From the human T2T-CHM13v2.0 reference genome, Homo sapiens, in NCBI RefSeq assembly GCF_009914755.1, contig NC_060935.1: a DNA stretch of 64,000 nucleotides. The stretch is one strand, 5' to 3'. The translations under genes and the position numbers were made by a program. The notes beneath the pieces are model-generated. The model was given only the letters and a program-made list of their open reading frames with translations. It was not told where the DNA came from and did not search any database. Within the stretch, counting starts at the first letter, position 1; each line of letters starts with the position of its first letter. Shown piece by piece: positions 38,301-52,795 of the stretch.

Positions 38301-38766
38301 CCCTTTAACCGGAGCCAAGGATCCCCGGACTTTCTGACCAACCAGGAGCAGAAGCCCGCCAGGTCACCCTCGCCTTTCATGACAGAAACAGATTCCCAGG
38401 CTGGTCGGAGCGCAGAAATGAGGCAGGCCAGGGCCGGCCTCCGCCACCCCGCCCATCTCCAGCCCCAGCAGGAGCCTGGCCCAGGCCTCTGGCCCCACAG
38501 CGCCAGGGAGCATCCTCCGGGAGCCCAGGCCTGCCTCGAAGCCTAGGGCTGGGGCAGGCTGGGCAGAGTGAGGGAGGGAGGCAGTTTCTTTGTGATGTGT
38601 CCACTTTACTAGCAAAATTTCAACCACAAACTTAGAAAACCTATACATTGGTGGGTGATTCACTTGCTCCACCACCAGCGATGAAACAGAGACAGAGCCA
38701 CGTTCTGGGTAAGTAAGAATACTCCCAATACAAAACTCAGCCACAGACCTTTAAAAAGAAAAGGGT

Positions 38767-39035
38767 GCCGGGCGCGGTGGCTCACGCCCGTAATCCCAAC
38801 ACTCTGGGAGGCCGAGGCGGGAGGACTGCTTGAGCGCAGGAGTTCCAGTCCAGCCTGCACAACCTGGCGAGGTCGCATCTCTACAAAAAATCTTCTGATT
38901 TTTTTAGCCAGGCGTAGCGGCGCGCCTGTAGTCCCAGGAAGGATCACTTGAGCCTGGGAGGTGGAGGCTACATAGAGCCATGACTGTGCCACTATACTCC
39001 AGCCCAGGTGACAGAGTAAGACCCTATCTCAAAAA
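38767..39035 (+). mobile_element. AluJ-like with internal deletion
   Basis: gccgggcgcggtggctcacg start; right arm shortened. Confidence 0.92.
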
Positions 39036-39202
39036 AGAAAGAAAAAAAAGAGAAAGAGAAAGAAAGAGAGAAGAAGGAGGAGGAGGAGGAGGAGGAGGGA
39101 GGAGGGAGGAAGAAAGGAAAGAAAGAAGAAAAAGAAAGGAAGAGAAAGAAAGAAAAAGAAGAGATAAAGAAAGAAAAAAGAAAGAGAAAGAAAGAAAGAA
39201 AG

Positions 39203-39237
<35 letters not shown>

Positions 39238-39246
39238 GAAAGAAAA
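39031..39246 (+). repeat. (AAAG)n/(GGA)n compound microsatellite derived from the Alu tail
   Basis: Direct reading. Confidence 0.95.
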
Positions 39247-40496
39247 TCATCTGTTCCTGAAACATTCTGTGATACTTTCGTAATTTGCTCAGCCAGAGGA
39301 CTGAAAGTGCAGGCGGATCCCTCAGCCTTGGGCTCAGCTGGGACTGAAGTCAGCTGACAGAGTGAATCTGGCCCAACTGCCACCAGTCTGACTCTGGCAC
39401 CCTGGCCCTGGCGTGACCTTCACAGCCGCACCCCCCACCCCCCACCTCCGCCTCAATGCCCACCCTCCAGCTCCACATCACTGAGCCTGCCCTGCTGCGC
39501 CCTTGCACGGGCACCCTGGCTGCCAGCTCTCCTCCACCCATTCCTCCTCTGAGTGTCCTCAGGCCCCTCAGGGGCTGCTCTTCCCTGGACACCCAGGAGC
39601 CTCAACCTTTGCCCTGTGCCACACCTCCCTCACCTGGCTCTTGAAAGGAGTCCCATCCACCTTCCCCTCAGGGTGAAGCTCAGGGCCTGGCCCACACCCC
39701 TGCTGGTACTCAAGGCCCATCTGGGGGACCTAATGGGGGGTTCCAGTAGACACCGAGGCCGAGGCCGGAGGGCTCAGCCACCCTTGTCACCCATCCTGCA
39801 GGGCACTGTCTCATGGGTGCCAGCACAGTGACATGCCGTGGGCTGGGGGAAGCTGGCTCATAGAATATGCACGGCCAGGACGCACCGTGGAAATTTCCAT
39901 GGTCACGGGATGGAAACCATTTCCTATCAATAAAATAACAGGTGCCCCGTCAGAATCCCCCTTTCATTTCTTTCCAGGAAACAGTTCAAATGGGATGGTT
40001 ACACCCATTTGAGACAAACATCTCTTGGTCCTAACCCCTTGTGGTTGCTTCATTAACCAGAGGCCTCCATCTTCCTCTGGGGAAGACAGTGCAGCCCAGC
40101 TGCCCTCCGCCTCCAAACCCTCCCTGGGCCCTGAGGTGCCGTGTGGACCCACTGCTGCAATCGCCATGTTCACCCCACACTCGAGGGTAGACCCAGAGCA
40201 TTTGAACTGTCCTCGTACTCCCTCGGCCACTTCTCAACAACAGCGCATTCCCAATCCTGTAACCTGGGGCCTTTCCCTAACACATTTAAAAGACGCCAGC
40301 CGCCTTCTCCCGCCCTAGCACTGTCACCAGCTGCTTGTACTCAACTCTCTGCCAAACTGTTACTTTGTTTATCACACTCAGATTACGGGTCTCTTGAACA
40401 GTTTGTTATGGTTAAATACTTTCAATTAAAACAGTATATGTTTGTGTGTGTGTATACAAATAGATAGACATTCTAATACTTTAAAATAGGTACTTT

Positions 40497-40922
<426 letters not shown>

Positions 40923-42265
40923 TTAATTAAAATAAAATATGTGCTTTGGACTTAAAAAGTAAATGTGAGTCCCATAGATGTAAAATGATATAGAGCCCCA
41001 AAGTGCCATCTGCGCTTATCTCAGGATAGCAGCATCTATCTGGGGGAATTTTTACTGTCTTTTTTATACATTCCCATATTGTTTGCATTTTTTTTTTTTA
41101 CAATGAGCATATGCTGCTATTTCTACAACCAAGGGAAATATATGGCTATTTTCAATTTGGAAATCAAAAGAAATAAAAAGCCCCACTGGCTTGCCAGCCC
41201 TGTGACCTGGGTGCTGTAGCAATAATGCCTGGAACTGGCCCCAGCCGATGAGGGACCCCAGCCACAGCCCATGCCAGAGTCCACTGTCAGGACCATCTTA
41301 CGAGAGGGGCTGCCTCAGAATGGAGTCCTGGGGGCACCTCAGTAACTAAACCCCCTTGGATGGAAGCCAGGCCAGACCCACTCAGTGCCAAATTCCACTC
41401 GGGCCTGCTCTCAGTTCCAGCAAAATTCCAAAGTATATTGTTGTTATCGTTATTATTTTGCAATTACGTGACATTTTTTAAATGCCTAGACTGTTTTCTC
41501 AGCCATTTTCATTAGCTCCTTCTCACTCTGCCCAAGAGACACTTCAGCATTGTGTCTGCCACTGGGCAGGCTGGCCAAGGCTCAGAGAGGTCAACTAACC
41601 TGCCAAGGTTGCACAGCAACAGAGCAGCGGGTGCGAGAGCAGACGTCAGGGCTGGGCCCAGGTCATCCTGCAGAGCTGGGGGGTGGGTCTCGCTGTTGGG
41701 CCCTGTTGGGCTTTTATTCAGATTTAGGAATTTCTTGGGGGGCGGGGGCAGGGGCAGATTTGGGAAAGAGAAGAAAAAGTAGAAACGAGAGAAGAGAGAA
41801 GAAAAGGCAAGGAAAGCCCAAGGCCGAAGCAAGAGAGCAAAATAAGCAGAAGACACCACGGGTGTGGGGCTGGCAGCACCGCACTGAGAGCCCCTGGCAG
41901 GGAACCAGCCCCTGGAGGTGCCCCTGCCTTCTCCCCACAGCCTGGCATGGTGCCGGCTTCCAGAGGAGCCTCGTTTCTCAGTGAGGGGGGCGGGAGGGGG
42001 TGAGACAGCATCCGTGTCTAGACGCTTATCCTTTGAGGAGAATACCAGGGTCCCCAAATGCCACTTGAGATCTCTCTGAAATGCAGGAGGCCCTGGAGCC
42101 TGCATTTGTCATCAGCCTCAGTCACCACACCTACCCCCAGCTCAGGAGCAGGTGCCACAGCTCAACCTGGCTCTCATGCTGAACCAGGTCCCCAGAGGTC
42201 TGGACATTGCCACTCACCAGCAGGCATCCCGGGCCACAGGGCAGGACGCCCAATCTGGAAGCCCA

Positions 42266-42641
42266 GTGTTATGGGAGGAATCGTGTCCCCCAAAAATCAT
42301 ATGTCGAAGCCCTCACCCCCAGCACCTCAGCACATGACTGTATGTGGATACAGGGTTTTACAGAAAACAGTTAAAATGAGGCCATTGGTGTGGGCCTAAT
42401 CCAACAGGACTGGGGTCTTTATAAGGAGAGGAGGACACAGGCACACTCAGAGGCATGACCCTCCCAGGACACAGGGAGAAGGTGACGTCTGCAAGCCAAG
42501 GAGAGAGGCCTCAGGAGGAACCAGCCCTGCCGACTCCTTGATCGTGGACTCCAGCCTCCAGGACTGGTAGATGATAAACATCTGCTGTCTCAGCAGCCCT
42601 GTCTGTGATGCTTTGTGATGGCAGCTCCAAGGCAGGAATAC
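42266..42641 (+). mobile_element. MaLR solo LTR (MLT1A/B/C-like)
   Basis: tgttatgggaggaatcgtgtcccccaaaa...ggactccagcctccaggact...tgtgatggcagc matches the MLT1 pattern. Confidence 0.85.
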
Positions 42642-44379
42642 ACCCAGCATCCACAGAGGGATTACATCTGTCCAGGCCCGCACAGCCAGGGCAGACAGAG
42701 AGACCACACCCCAGCCCTCCAGACCAGTGGAAACCCCCACGTACCCCTGGCTCAGAGACCTTCTCTGACTGAGCGCATGAAGCTGGCTCTTCCTGGCTAG
42801 TTTCCCTCAGATGCATCATCCCAACACCTAGGGGCACATTGTGCAAGTAGAGAGTCCCCCAGTATACCATTTTCCAAGGCAGAGACAAAAAAAAAGCCAT
42901 GTGCAGAGTTGACGTCTGTATACCCCTAATGCTAATTGGGGACAGTGGCATTTAGTTCTGAGTGGCTGACGGCTTTGGTGACCTGGACAATCAGGGCCTG
43001 CCTGAAGAACCAGGGGCTGCCGGAGGCGCTGGGCCTCCCTCCCACTCACCGGGGCCTTCATTAACAGCCGCGTCCAGACCAGCTGGAGTCAGCTGATTAG
43101 CCCATTCTAAGTGGCATTGGGAGTCCCCCCACCCCCTGTATCTATTTTTTCACCCGCACATGTTCAATTCAATTTTGCTTTTGTGCCAGAGAGGCCTCTG
43201 ATGTGAGTGTTTCTGGGGAGTTTTTCCATGTTTCTTTATGTCCTCGAAACCAAAGTCAGTCACCAACTTTCAGAAAACACCCTCCTGGATTGAAGCGGGT
43301 AAGAGGAAAGAAAAACACACAACACAAAACAAAAGCAAAAGAAAACAAAAGAGAAAGCACTGGCTGCCTTTCTACAGAATCCTCCTGCGAGGAGACAATT
43401 CATTTCAATTGAAACGTTTCCATTGTGCGGCATTCGGAACGCGCTCCTCGCGTTGGGCAGAAATGCAAATCCCCCTTTTTCCTTTGATTCAAATATTTAA
43501 ATTTTCAAATATATATGCTGCGACAATTGAATGGCAGCTGACCTCACTTATTTTCATAGAAGCAATGCGGAAGCCACAGGCTGCAGTTAATCTCGCCAGC
43601 AGCGCCCCGCCTGCTGACAGCGGTACGGTCAGTCCTGGGGGGGCGCAGGGAATAATCCTTTTATTCAGACATTTGGCTTAAAAGAATAACAAGGAGGAAA
43701 AGCTGGAACATAATTGCATTGCATGGAAAACAGAGAAAGATTTTTTTCTCTCTCTCTAACAAGCTTTCTCCTTTTCCTTCCTCAAAGAATCGGAGGCTCA
43801 CGGCCAGAGGCTGTTTTCTTGGTAAAGAAATCGGGAGTGTTTTCCTTCCACTATTGTCCCCACTCCCGCCCACCCCCCGAGGGATTTTCATAGTTGGGTT
43901 GGCTGCCACACTGGCTCATCCATTCATTCATTCATTCACTCACTCACTCATTCTGCAAACTCGGAAGGAAGACCTACTGTCTGTCCAGCTCAGCTGGGCT
44001 GGGGGCAGGGCGAGCCAGACACTCCCCAGGCAGCCTTCCTCTCCTGGACTGGGACGCCCCCACAGAGCCACACCGTGACCCTCGGAGGCACCCTGAAGCA
44101 TAACTGGGCCAACCGTGCCTGCAGGAAGCCCCTTTGTTCCTCCTTGGGGCCCCAGAGCACCTGAGTGAAAGAGTCTGAGACCGGAGGGGCAGCCAGAGGG
44201 GGCCCTGGAGGGAGGCGGAGGGACCCCCTCCCTGGGCCAGCCAGGCCAGCGTCTGCCAGAGTCGCTGTTGCTAAGTCCTCTTCTTGCAGCCTGGGGATCC
44301 CAGAGGACCCCGGCCCAGTCCATCAGCTGGGCTGGGTCTTTAATATTTAAAGAGCTCTCCCGGACATTTCAAGAACTCC

Positions 44380-45350
44380 CCGACACGATTTTCTGTGATG
44401 CGTGGGCTGTCGGGACATCTGTCTTCTATACCTAATAAAGTCGCCCGACGCAGAATGAACTCCTCGGCATCGCTTTGAATCCGGGCTCACATATGGTTGC
44501 TAATTAGCTGGCTATCTCTTGGAGTTAAATGATTTTTTTTCTCGCCCCGTTCGCATCCATAATAGACGCGAACAGAGTCGTGATTGTTCCCTGTTGCGGG
44601 ACATTCTGCGCCTGAATGAGCGGGGGCTGCTGTGTCGACGCGGATTTGCCATATGGTTGCGCGGAGCCAGGAAGAATGGGCCCCTGTGTGTGCGACCGGG
44701 ACGCAGCGGCGCGGGCCGTGCCAGCCGGGCGGAGCCGGGTGCCCGACGGCGCAGGACGAGCGGGCGCAGGACGAGCGAGCGCAGCGGGCGCGGGCGCACC
44801 GTCGGGGCGCGGGGACCCCGAGGGCCAGCGGAGCCGTGCTGCGCGCAGGGATGGACGCTGGGCGCCCAAGGCCCGTTCCCGTGGACAGGCGCGCGGAGGG
44901 CAGCAGGACCGATGCACCGACGGACGCACCGACGGACGCGCGGACAGATGCGCCGACCGCAGGCTCTCCCGCCGTCCCGGGGCCGTCGTGCCCGTGCAGG
45001 CCGCGAGCAGCGGCGGGGCCGGCTCTGCGGCTGCAGCAGCCCCATTGTGAGGCCGGCGAGACAATGGGCGGCCCGAGGAGGCACCTGCTCGCCTGAAAGG
45101 CCCATAAATCGCCGCCGCGTCCAGCTGCCTTCCCGCCCCTCCCCGCGGACCCGCTAGCGGGAAGCGCGGCCGCGGCCGGGAGGGGGAGGCTCGGTCCGAC
45201 AGTCGGGCAGGGCCGCCTGGGCCACCGCCGCGCGCTCCCTCCCGCCTGGGCGCAGCTGCCCGCACGCCCCGACGGGAGCTGCGCCCAGCCTCCCCTCTGG
45301 AGTCGGCGCTCCAGGCTGCTGCCCGGCCGGTGGCCAAGGCCCCAGCACCA
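44380..45350. promoter_or_regulatory. CpG island / KCNQ1DN promoter
   Basis: Dense CpG immediately upstream of the KCNQ1DN first exon. Confidence 0.9.
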
Positions 45351-45918
45351 CCGTCCCTCCTGCAGGGCATCCAGCACCTACCCTTCCACTGGGCGGCTCC
45401 TGGTTCTGGTCCCGGCTGGCTCACTCAGGCTGCCTTTGGACCAGATTCTTGAACTTTTCCACCAAGGATGTTGCTGCTGTTTGTAGCGTCGGATCCTGGA
45501 AAATCGCTGTGTTGGGGAGCAGCAGGCTCTCCCTTGCTCCCCCAGGGCCTGGGAAAATCAACCCACCTCTGCCCCCCGACCCCAGGGCTGTAACCTGGTG
45601 TCTGGTAGCCCCACTGTGATAAACCGAAGCCCAGCACAGTTTGGGACTCGCCCCGAGTTGACTTATGCAGCCCCCAGAACAGAGGCTGAAACCCGGCGCA
45701 TCCTGGTGAAGCCACACCCAGCCGGCCTGGTCCCAGGCCCCGGGCACGGGGTCCCCTCCACTCCCATCTGCTTCCCTTTCAGAGCCGGGGCTGAGTCGGC
45801 AGGGACGCAGGCTCAGGGCCCTGGATTCCCGCTTTCTGGACACTTGCGTGCATGCCCAGCACCAGCTCGCCCTTCTGAGAAAGCAATCCCTCCTCAGAGG
45901 GGAGAAGCCGTGGCTGTG

Positions 45919-46086
45919 ATGGGCAGGAAGTGGTCAGGACCCACTGCCGAGCACCAACTCCCCATGCCACCACCAGGGGTGCGCCTGGACTCCTGGAAAG
46001 GGGTCGCGTCAGGGTGCAGCCCATCAAAGGCTTCCCAAGAGGCAAGAGGCAAGGAGAAGTGTCCTACTTTAAACGGCCAGCCTCAG
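45919..46086 (+). CDS. KCNQ1DN: Putative KCNQ1DN peptide, exon 1 part (56 codons, MGRKWSG...NGQPQ)
   Basis: ATG at 45919; open to a phase-0 donor. Translation unproven. Confidence 0.5.
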
Positions 46087-47066
46087 GTGAGCACCAGAGA
46101 TCGGGCCCAGACCTGTGTAGAGAAAAGGAGGCAATGGCCCCTGGCTACAGACAAGGACCCTGAGGCTGCCCTCTTCCCTCTGCACCTTTGGTTAGGCACT
46201 GCCTCTCTGTGTGGAAGGAGCAGGACTCGGTCCCAAGACCATTTGGCCACGCTGTGCCCTCGGGACCAGCACGTGCTGGCACCCCGATCCCACTGGGACT
46301 CTCTTCCAGGAAAAGGCTTGTGTTCAGTTCCCAGGGCTCTGCCAACACCAGCCCTGTGCTGGCTGCCTGCAGCAGGCACCCCGTGGGGACCACATCCCTG
46401 GGCCTGGAGGAGCTGGCTGAGACAGAGGCGGGCCCGAGGCCAGGCCTTTGCCCGCCACTGCTGCTCCAGGCACTCCTGGAGGGCTCTGAGCATGCTCCTT
46501 AGGTCTCCCGGCTGCAGGGAGGACACTCACTCCCACCCCCAGGTGTCTGGTGCTTTGATTTTAATTATTTCTAGCCTTCCAGTGCCATCTCTTATCGCCC
46601 CCTCCCCAGTCTCCTAATAAAGGGCCAGCGCCCCCCGCCTTCCTCTAGCCTCCCTGACATATTAGAAGAATGTTTTTCCATTTCCTTTGATGTCTGTTAC
46701 AAGTTGCATCTCATTTCCTGCTTGGGCATTTCTGACCTCGAGTGACTCCGGCCGCCGTGGCTGCGTGGCTGGTCTGCTCCTCATACCCCGCCCAGACGCC
46801 AGCTTGAGAGGATTTGGTCCTCCGTGTGCCGCCACCGCCAACTCAGTTTCCCCCTACCCTCCCCACTTTGTTTTCTGGGGCTCCAAGGGGGAGGTCAGGC
46901 CCTCAACCCTGTTTCCATGGAGAGGGCTCCTCACGGGGGGCGGGGGGGCATCCCTCCATGGGACAGGGAGGGCTCCTCACGGTTGAGGGGGGCGCCCATC
47001 CTTCTATGGGGCTTCCTAAAGACCTGCATTCTTCCCTTCATTTTTCTGGGATTACTCCCCTTTCAG

Positions 47067-47105
47067 TGGTCGGCCCTGTTCACTCTGCCACCTCAGAGAG
47101 AGTGA
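47067..47105 (+). CDS. KCNQ1DN: Putative KCNQ1DN peptide, exon 2 part (WSALFTLPPQRE*)
   Basis: In-frame after the acceptor; total 68 aa. Confidence 0.5.
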   Translation, partial: WSALFTLPPQRE

Positions 47106-47543
47106 ACCCAGCAGAGGTGTGACGGGAGGCTGGGGAGAGACCCCAGCACCTTGAGCACACAGGAGCCAGGAGGAGCCCAACAGAGCAGCAGGGGCTGGGG
47201 TCTTCTCCTGAAGCCTGACTCCATGGGACCCCAAAGAAGCAGATGGAAAACTGAAAAAGAAAACCCCTCAAGTGAGCCACTGGAAAGAAAGCAAAACAAG
47301 AGAAAATAAATGAGTTGTTTGACATAATTTAACTTGTCTGTTTTTCCATCTTCCTTCCTGCTCACCCCACCATCACCGTGGCCCCATCTAGTTGAGGCAC
47401 ACAGCTCTGGGCTTAAAGGAACCAAGGGGCATGTCTCAGAGCAGTCTCCAAATTGGGTGCTAGGACCCAAGAAATGCAGAGAGGGCAGTGGCTGTGAGAG
47501 AGGTTTGCATAAGAAAACAGACAAGACAGAACTTGGTTTTATC

Positions 47544-47868
<325 letters not shown>

Positions 47869-48113
47869 AGTTTTGCCTTAAAACCACAGCTAGACTCCTC
47901 CACAGGGACCAGGACCTAGGCCATGTCTGTCCTGGCTGCAGAGGTGGGTCAGCCCCATACAGTGCTCTCTGGAAGAGAAACAGGGAGCAGCGTGGCTCCT
48001 GCACAGAGGCACCTGGCTGGCCCTTGGCCTACTGGTAGCCTCCAAGGGTAGATGCCAGGTATCTCAGTCCATTTGTGCCACAGTAACAAAATACCTGAGA
48101 CTGGGTGATTTAT

Positions 48114-48524
<411 letters not shown>

Positions 48525-48751
48525 GAGACTGGGTGATTTATAAATAACAGAAATGTATTTCTCACAGTTCTGGAGGCTGGGAAGTCCAAGATCAAGGTGC
48601 CAGTGCAATCAGGGTCTGGTGAGGGCTCTCTGCTTCCAAGATGGCACTGTGTTGTAAGTGAAGCGAACGCTTTGGGAAGCCTCTTTTATAAAAGCCTTAA
48701 TCTCACTCAGAGGGAGGAACCCTCAGGCTTAAATACCTCCTAAAGGCCCTA

Positions 48752-49075
48752 TTTCTTTCTCTCTTCTTTTTTTTTTTTTTTTTTTTTTTTTTTTGTGAGA
48801 CACAGTCTTGCTCTGTTGCCCAGGCTGGAATACAGTCGTACCATCTCAGCTCACTGCAACCTCCACCTCCTGGGTTCAAGCAGTTCTCCCTGCCTCAGAC
48901 TTCCAAGTACCTAGGTAACAGGTGCCCACCACCATGCCCAGTTAATTTTTGTATTTTTAGTAGAGATGGGGTTTCACCATGTTGGCCAGGCTGGTCTCAA
49001 ACTCCTGACGTCAGGTGATCTGCCCACTTCGACCTCCCAAAGTGCTAGGATTACAGGCGTGAGCCACTGTGCCTG

Positions 49076-49078
<3 letters not shown>
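48752..49078 (-). mobile_element. AluS
   Basis: Poly-T plus dimer. Confidence 0.93.
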
Positions 49079-49079
<1 letters not shown>

Positions 49080-49108
<29 letters not shown>

Positions 49109-49381
49109 GACAGGATCTGGCTCTCTGGCTCTGTCAACCAGGCTGTGGTACAGTGGCACGGTCATGGCTCACTGCAACCTCCACCTCCCAGGCTTGAGTG
49201 ATCCTCCCATCTCAGCCTCCTGACTAGCACGCATCACCACACCTGGCTGATATTTCTTTTTTTGTAGAGAAAAGTTCTCCCTACATTGCCCAGGCTGGTC
49301 TGAAAATCCTGGGCTCAAGCAATCCACTCACCTCAGCCTCCCAAAGTGCTGAGATCACAGGCTTGAGCTACTGCGCCCAGC
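49080..49381 (-). mobile_element. AluJ-like
   Basis: Poly-T plus diverged dimer. Confidence 0.9.
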
Positions 49382-50865
49382 TTCCCACTTACATTAATAC
49401 TATCACATTGGCCAGTAAGTTTCAGACACGAATTCTGGAGGGGACATAGTCAAACCCAGCACCAGGTCTCAGGTGTCCTTACTTCTCCCTCTGCAATTCC
49501 GGCTTCACCACAGCCCTCAGGTGTAAGGCCTTGTTGTCCAGACCATGTGCTTTTTCCCAGGACTGAGAGTGAAGCGCTGAGGTTGCATGATAAAAACCCA
49601 TGTGACTATATGACCATTAAAGTGAATAGCCCCCAGAGCACTGGGCGGTGGGGACCGGGGCTCCCTCCTACACAGACAGACCAATTAAGGTCTTCCAGGC
49701 CTGCATGTAGGCCAGGCTACAGGGATGGAATCAGCACCCAGCTAGAGCAGAAGGGTCTAAAGGAACCAAAAGGGGTTCTGGGACAAATCTCAAACCATGG
49801 GCAAGCTTCGCTCAAGCACTCAAGGAACATTCGAGCTAGATGGGCCCTCAGAGACTCTGATCCTATGTTCTCCTTTCAGTGAGGGAAAATTGAGGCCCAG
49901 GGAGGCTTCTGCACCCTAGACAGGCCCCACTCCTTAGAGGGACCAGTGAGGGGAAGTCAGACCCCAGCAAGACGGAGGAAGTCCCAAATTGGAGACAATC
50001 AGAAAGACAACACCAGTGCAGACCCTAAACCAACACCCCACCTGCTCCAAGCTGGGCTCCAGTCGCCTAAGGATGAGCTGGGCCCATGCAAACTCCCTGT
50101 GTGTTTCCTGCATGTGGGCCACCAGGCAACCACCCTCTGACTTGAACCCCTGCCCACAGACCCCAGTACCACCCAATGGTTGGCCAGGGGCACCCCCAAA
50201 GGATTGGATCATGCCGAAGGTAGCCACAGGCAGATGACAGTGTCAAAGGGAAGGGGGATAAGTGGTTTTTGTTCACGCAGACCATAGGAGTGAAGGTTGT
50301 AGCATTCCCAAATGTAAGTCCGCGTGGCTAAGACCACGGGCAGGGCTCCCCAGCTGGCCTGGCTCCCAGTGTCTGTGCATTATCGTGTGCGTGTGAGGCA
50401 TTTCCACTTGGATTACTATTTCAGCTCCCAAAAATGGATCAGTGGCTCACAGGAGGATCCAGGAAGCAGCAAATATTGACCCGTCAGGATTTCAAGGTGA
50501 ACGTGGGATGTCCCCTACATGCAGGGACCGTCCACCAAGTGTGACACTGGACACAGGATGTCCTGGATTTGTCCCAGGTGCATGGTCTCTTAAGACACTT
50601 GGCCAGATGGTGGCGTGAGGCCAGCAGTGGTTTTGTGTCATTTTCAAGCAAAGCCCAGGGCCTTCCCTGGGAGCTAGCATTGTTATTCTAGAATGAGTGG
50701 AAAGGGACACTTTCCAGGGCAAAGCTGATGTGCACCACACTGAAGATGGGAAAGAACCCACGCTGTATCTTCCTGTCCACATTGCATTTGTAAGAATGAA
50801 ACTTGCGTGAGTTGCACGGAGGAAGAATTTGCAGTTGGGGGAATGCAGTGTCTGGGATCTGCTTT

Positions 50866-51005
50866 TTTTGTTGTTGGTTTTTTTCAATAGAGACAGGGTC
50901 TCGCTATGTTGCCCAGGCTGATCTCCAACTCCTGGGCTCAAGCAGTCCTTCTACCTCAATCTCCCAAAGTGCTGGGATTACAGGCATCACCCACTGTGCT
51001 CAGCC
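50866..51005 (-). mobile_element. FLAM (free left Alu monomer)
   Basis: Single monomer flanked by TSD gggatctgcttt (50854-50865, 51007-51018). Confidence 0.9.
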
Positions 51006-51249
51006 AGGGATCTGCTTTATGAAACTGCAGAAAGGAAAAAAAAGTAAAAGTGGAGGTGGGAAACAGATTGACAAGATTGGAAAAATGTTAATGATGGTTG
51101 AAACTGGCTGGTGATGTACTATTCTATTGCTTTTGAGTATGTTTGCAAATTTCCATAAGAATGCTTTGTAAGGAAGTAGCAGTGATACTGTTACATATTG
51201 CTGAGAAAATGTAAAACCAAATACAAAGTTAACAAAAAGAGATAAATTA

Positions 51250-51368
51250 TGTACATATAGACAATATATGCACACATACATACATGTGTTGTGTGTATAC
51301 ATACACATTATGTGTACGTGTGTATGTCTATAACATATAGACACATACATGTTATGTACACGCACATA
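51250..51368. repeat. (TA/TG/CA) alternating low-complexity repeat
   Basis: Direct reading. Confidence 0.8.
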
Positions 51369-51625
51369 AAAGAAGGCAGAAAGGCTGTGGGCAGATACCC
51401 TGATCAAGAGTTTTTGTGACATCATCACAGTGGCCTTGCAGCCCTTACTCAGGGGTCCTTGCTGACATGAACTCACAGCAGTGTGCCTCTCAACTAGGCC
51501 TGCATCTTTCTAATTTGCTAGACAGGAAGCCACTCCTGGCACTTGGTCAGGTCAAACACAAGAAGTGTTTGATGATTTTTTTTTAATTCTGTTAATTACT
51601 GAAAATCCATGCTAGAGGAAAAAAA

Positions 51626-51916
51626 TTGTTTTTATTTTGAATTTACTTATTTATTGAGACAGAGTCTTGCTCTGCTGCCCAGGCTGGAATGCAGTGGTGT
51701 GATCACGACTCACTGCAGACTTGACTTCCCAGGCTCAAGCAATCCTCCCATCTCAGCCCCCAAGTAGCTGGGACCACAGGTACACGCCACCACGCCCAGA
51801 TAATTTTTATATTTTTTGTAGTGACAGGGTCTCACTGTATTGCCTAGGCTGGTCTCAAACTTCTGAGCTCAAGTGATCCTCACACCTTGGCCTCCCAAAG
51901 TGCTGGGATTATAGGC
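51626..51916 (-). mobile_element. AluJ-like, 5' truncated
   Basis: T-rich tail plus Alu body. Confidence 0.9.
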
Positions 51917-52017
51917 TGTTTTGAATTCAGGTAACAATTGCTTGTGGGTCCTGAAGTAAACCCCCCCAAACATGCTGGCTATCAATCAATCACCAGGGTT
52001 GGGTTCTGTAAGAAGGG

Positions 52018-52795
<778 letters not shown>

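Larger units (their letters stand above)
45260..47330 (+). ncRNA. KCNQ1DN: KCNQ1 downstream neighbour, two-exon transcript (TSS approximate)
   Basis: Donor CAG|GTGAGC at 46086/46087, acceptor tttcag|TGG at 47066/47067, AATAAA 47305-47310; spliced peptide matches the recalled KCNQ1DN (BWRT) sequence. Confidence 0.85.

Noticed and set aside
38980-39357. Lys/Arg/Glu-rich ORF
   Set aside because: Alu tail (AAAG)n microsatellite.
44487-45424. Multiple 200-300-codon ORFs across the CpG island
   Set aside because: CpG-island artefact in several frames; Arg/Ala/Pro/Gly-rich without domains.
45598-46617. 339-codon unspliced ORF containing the KCNQ1DN peptide
   Set aside because: Non-ATG start and reads through a strong donor at 46087; the spliced 68-aa model fits better.
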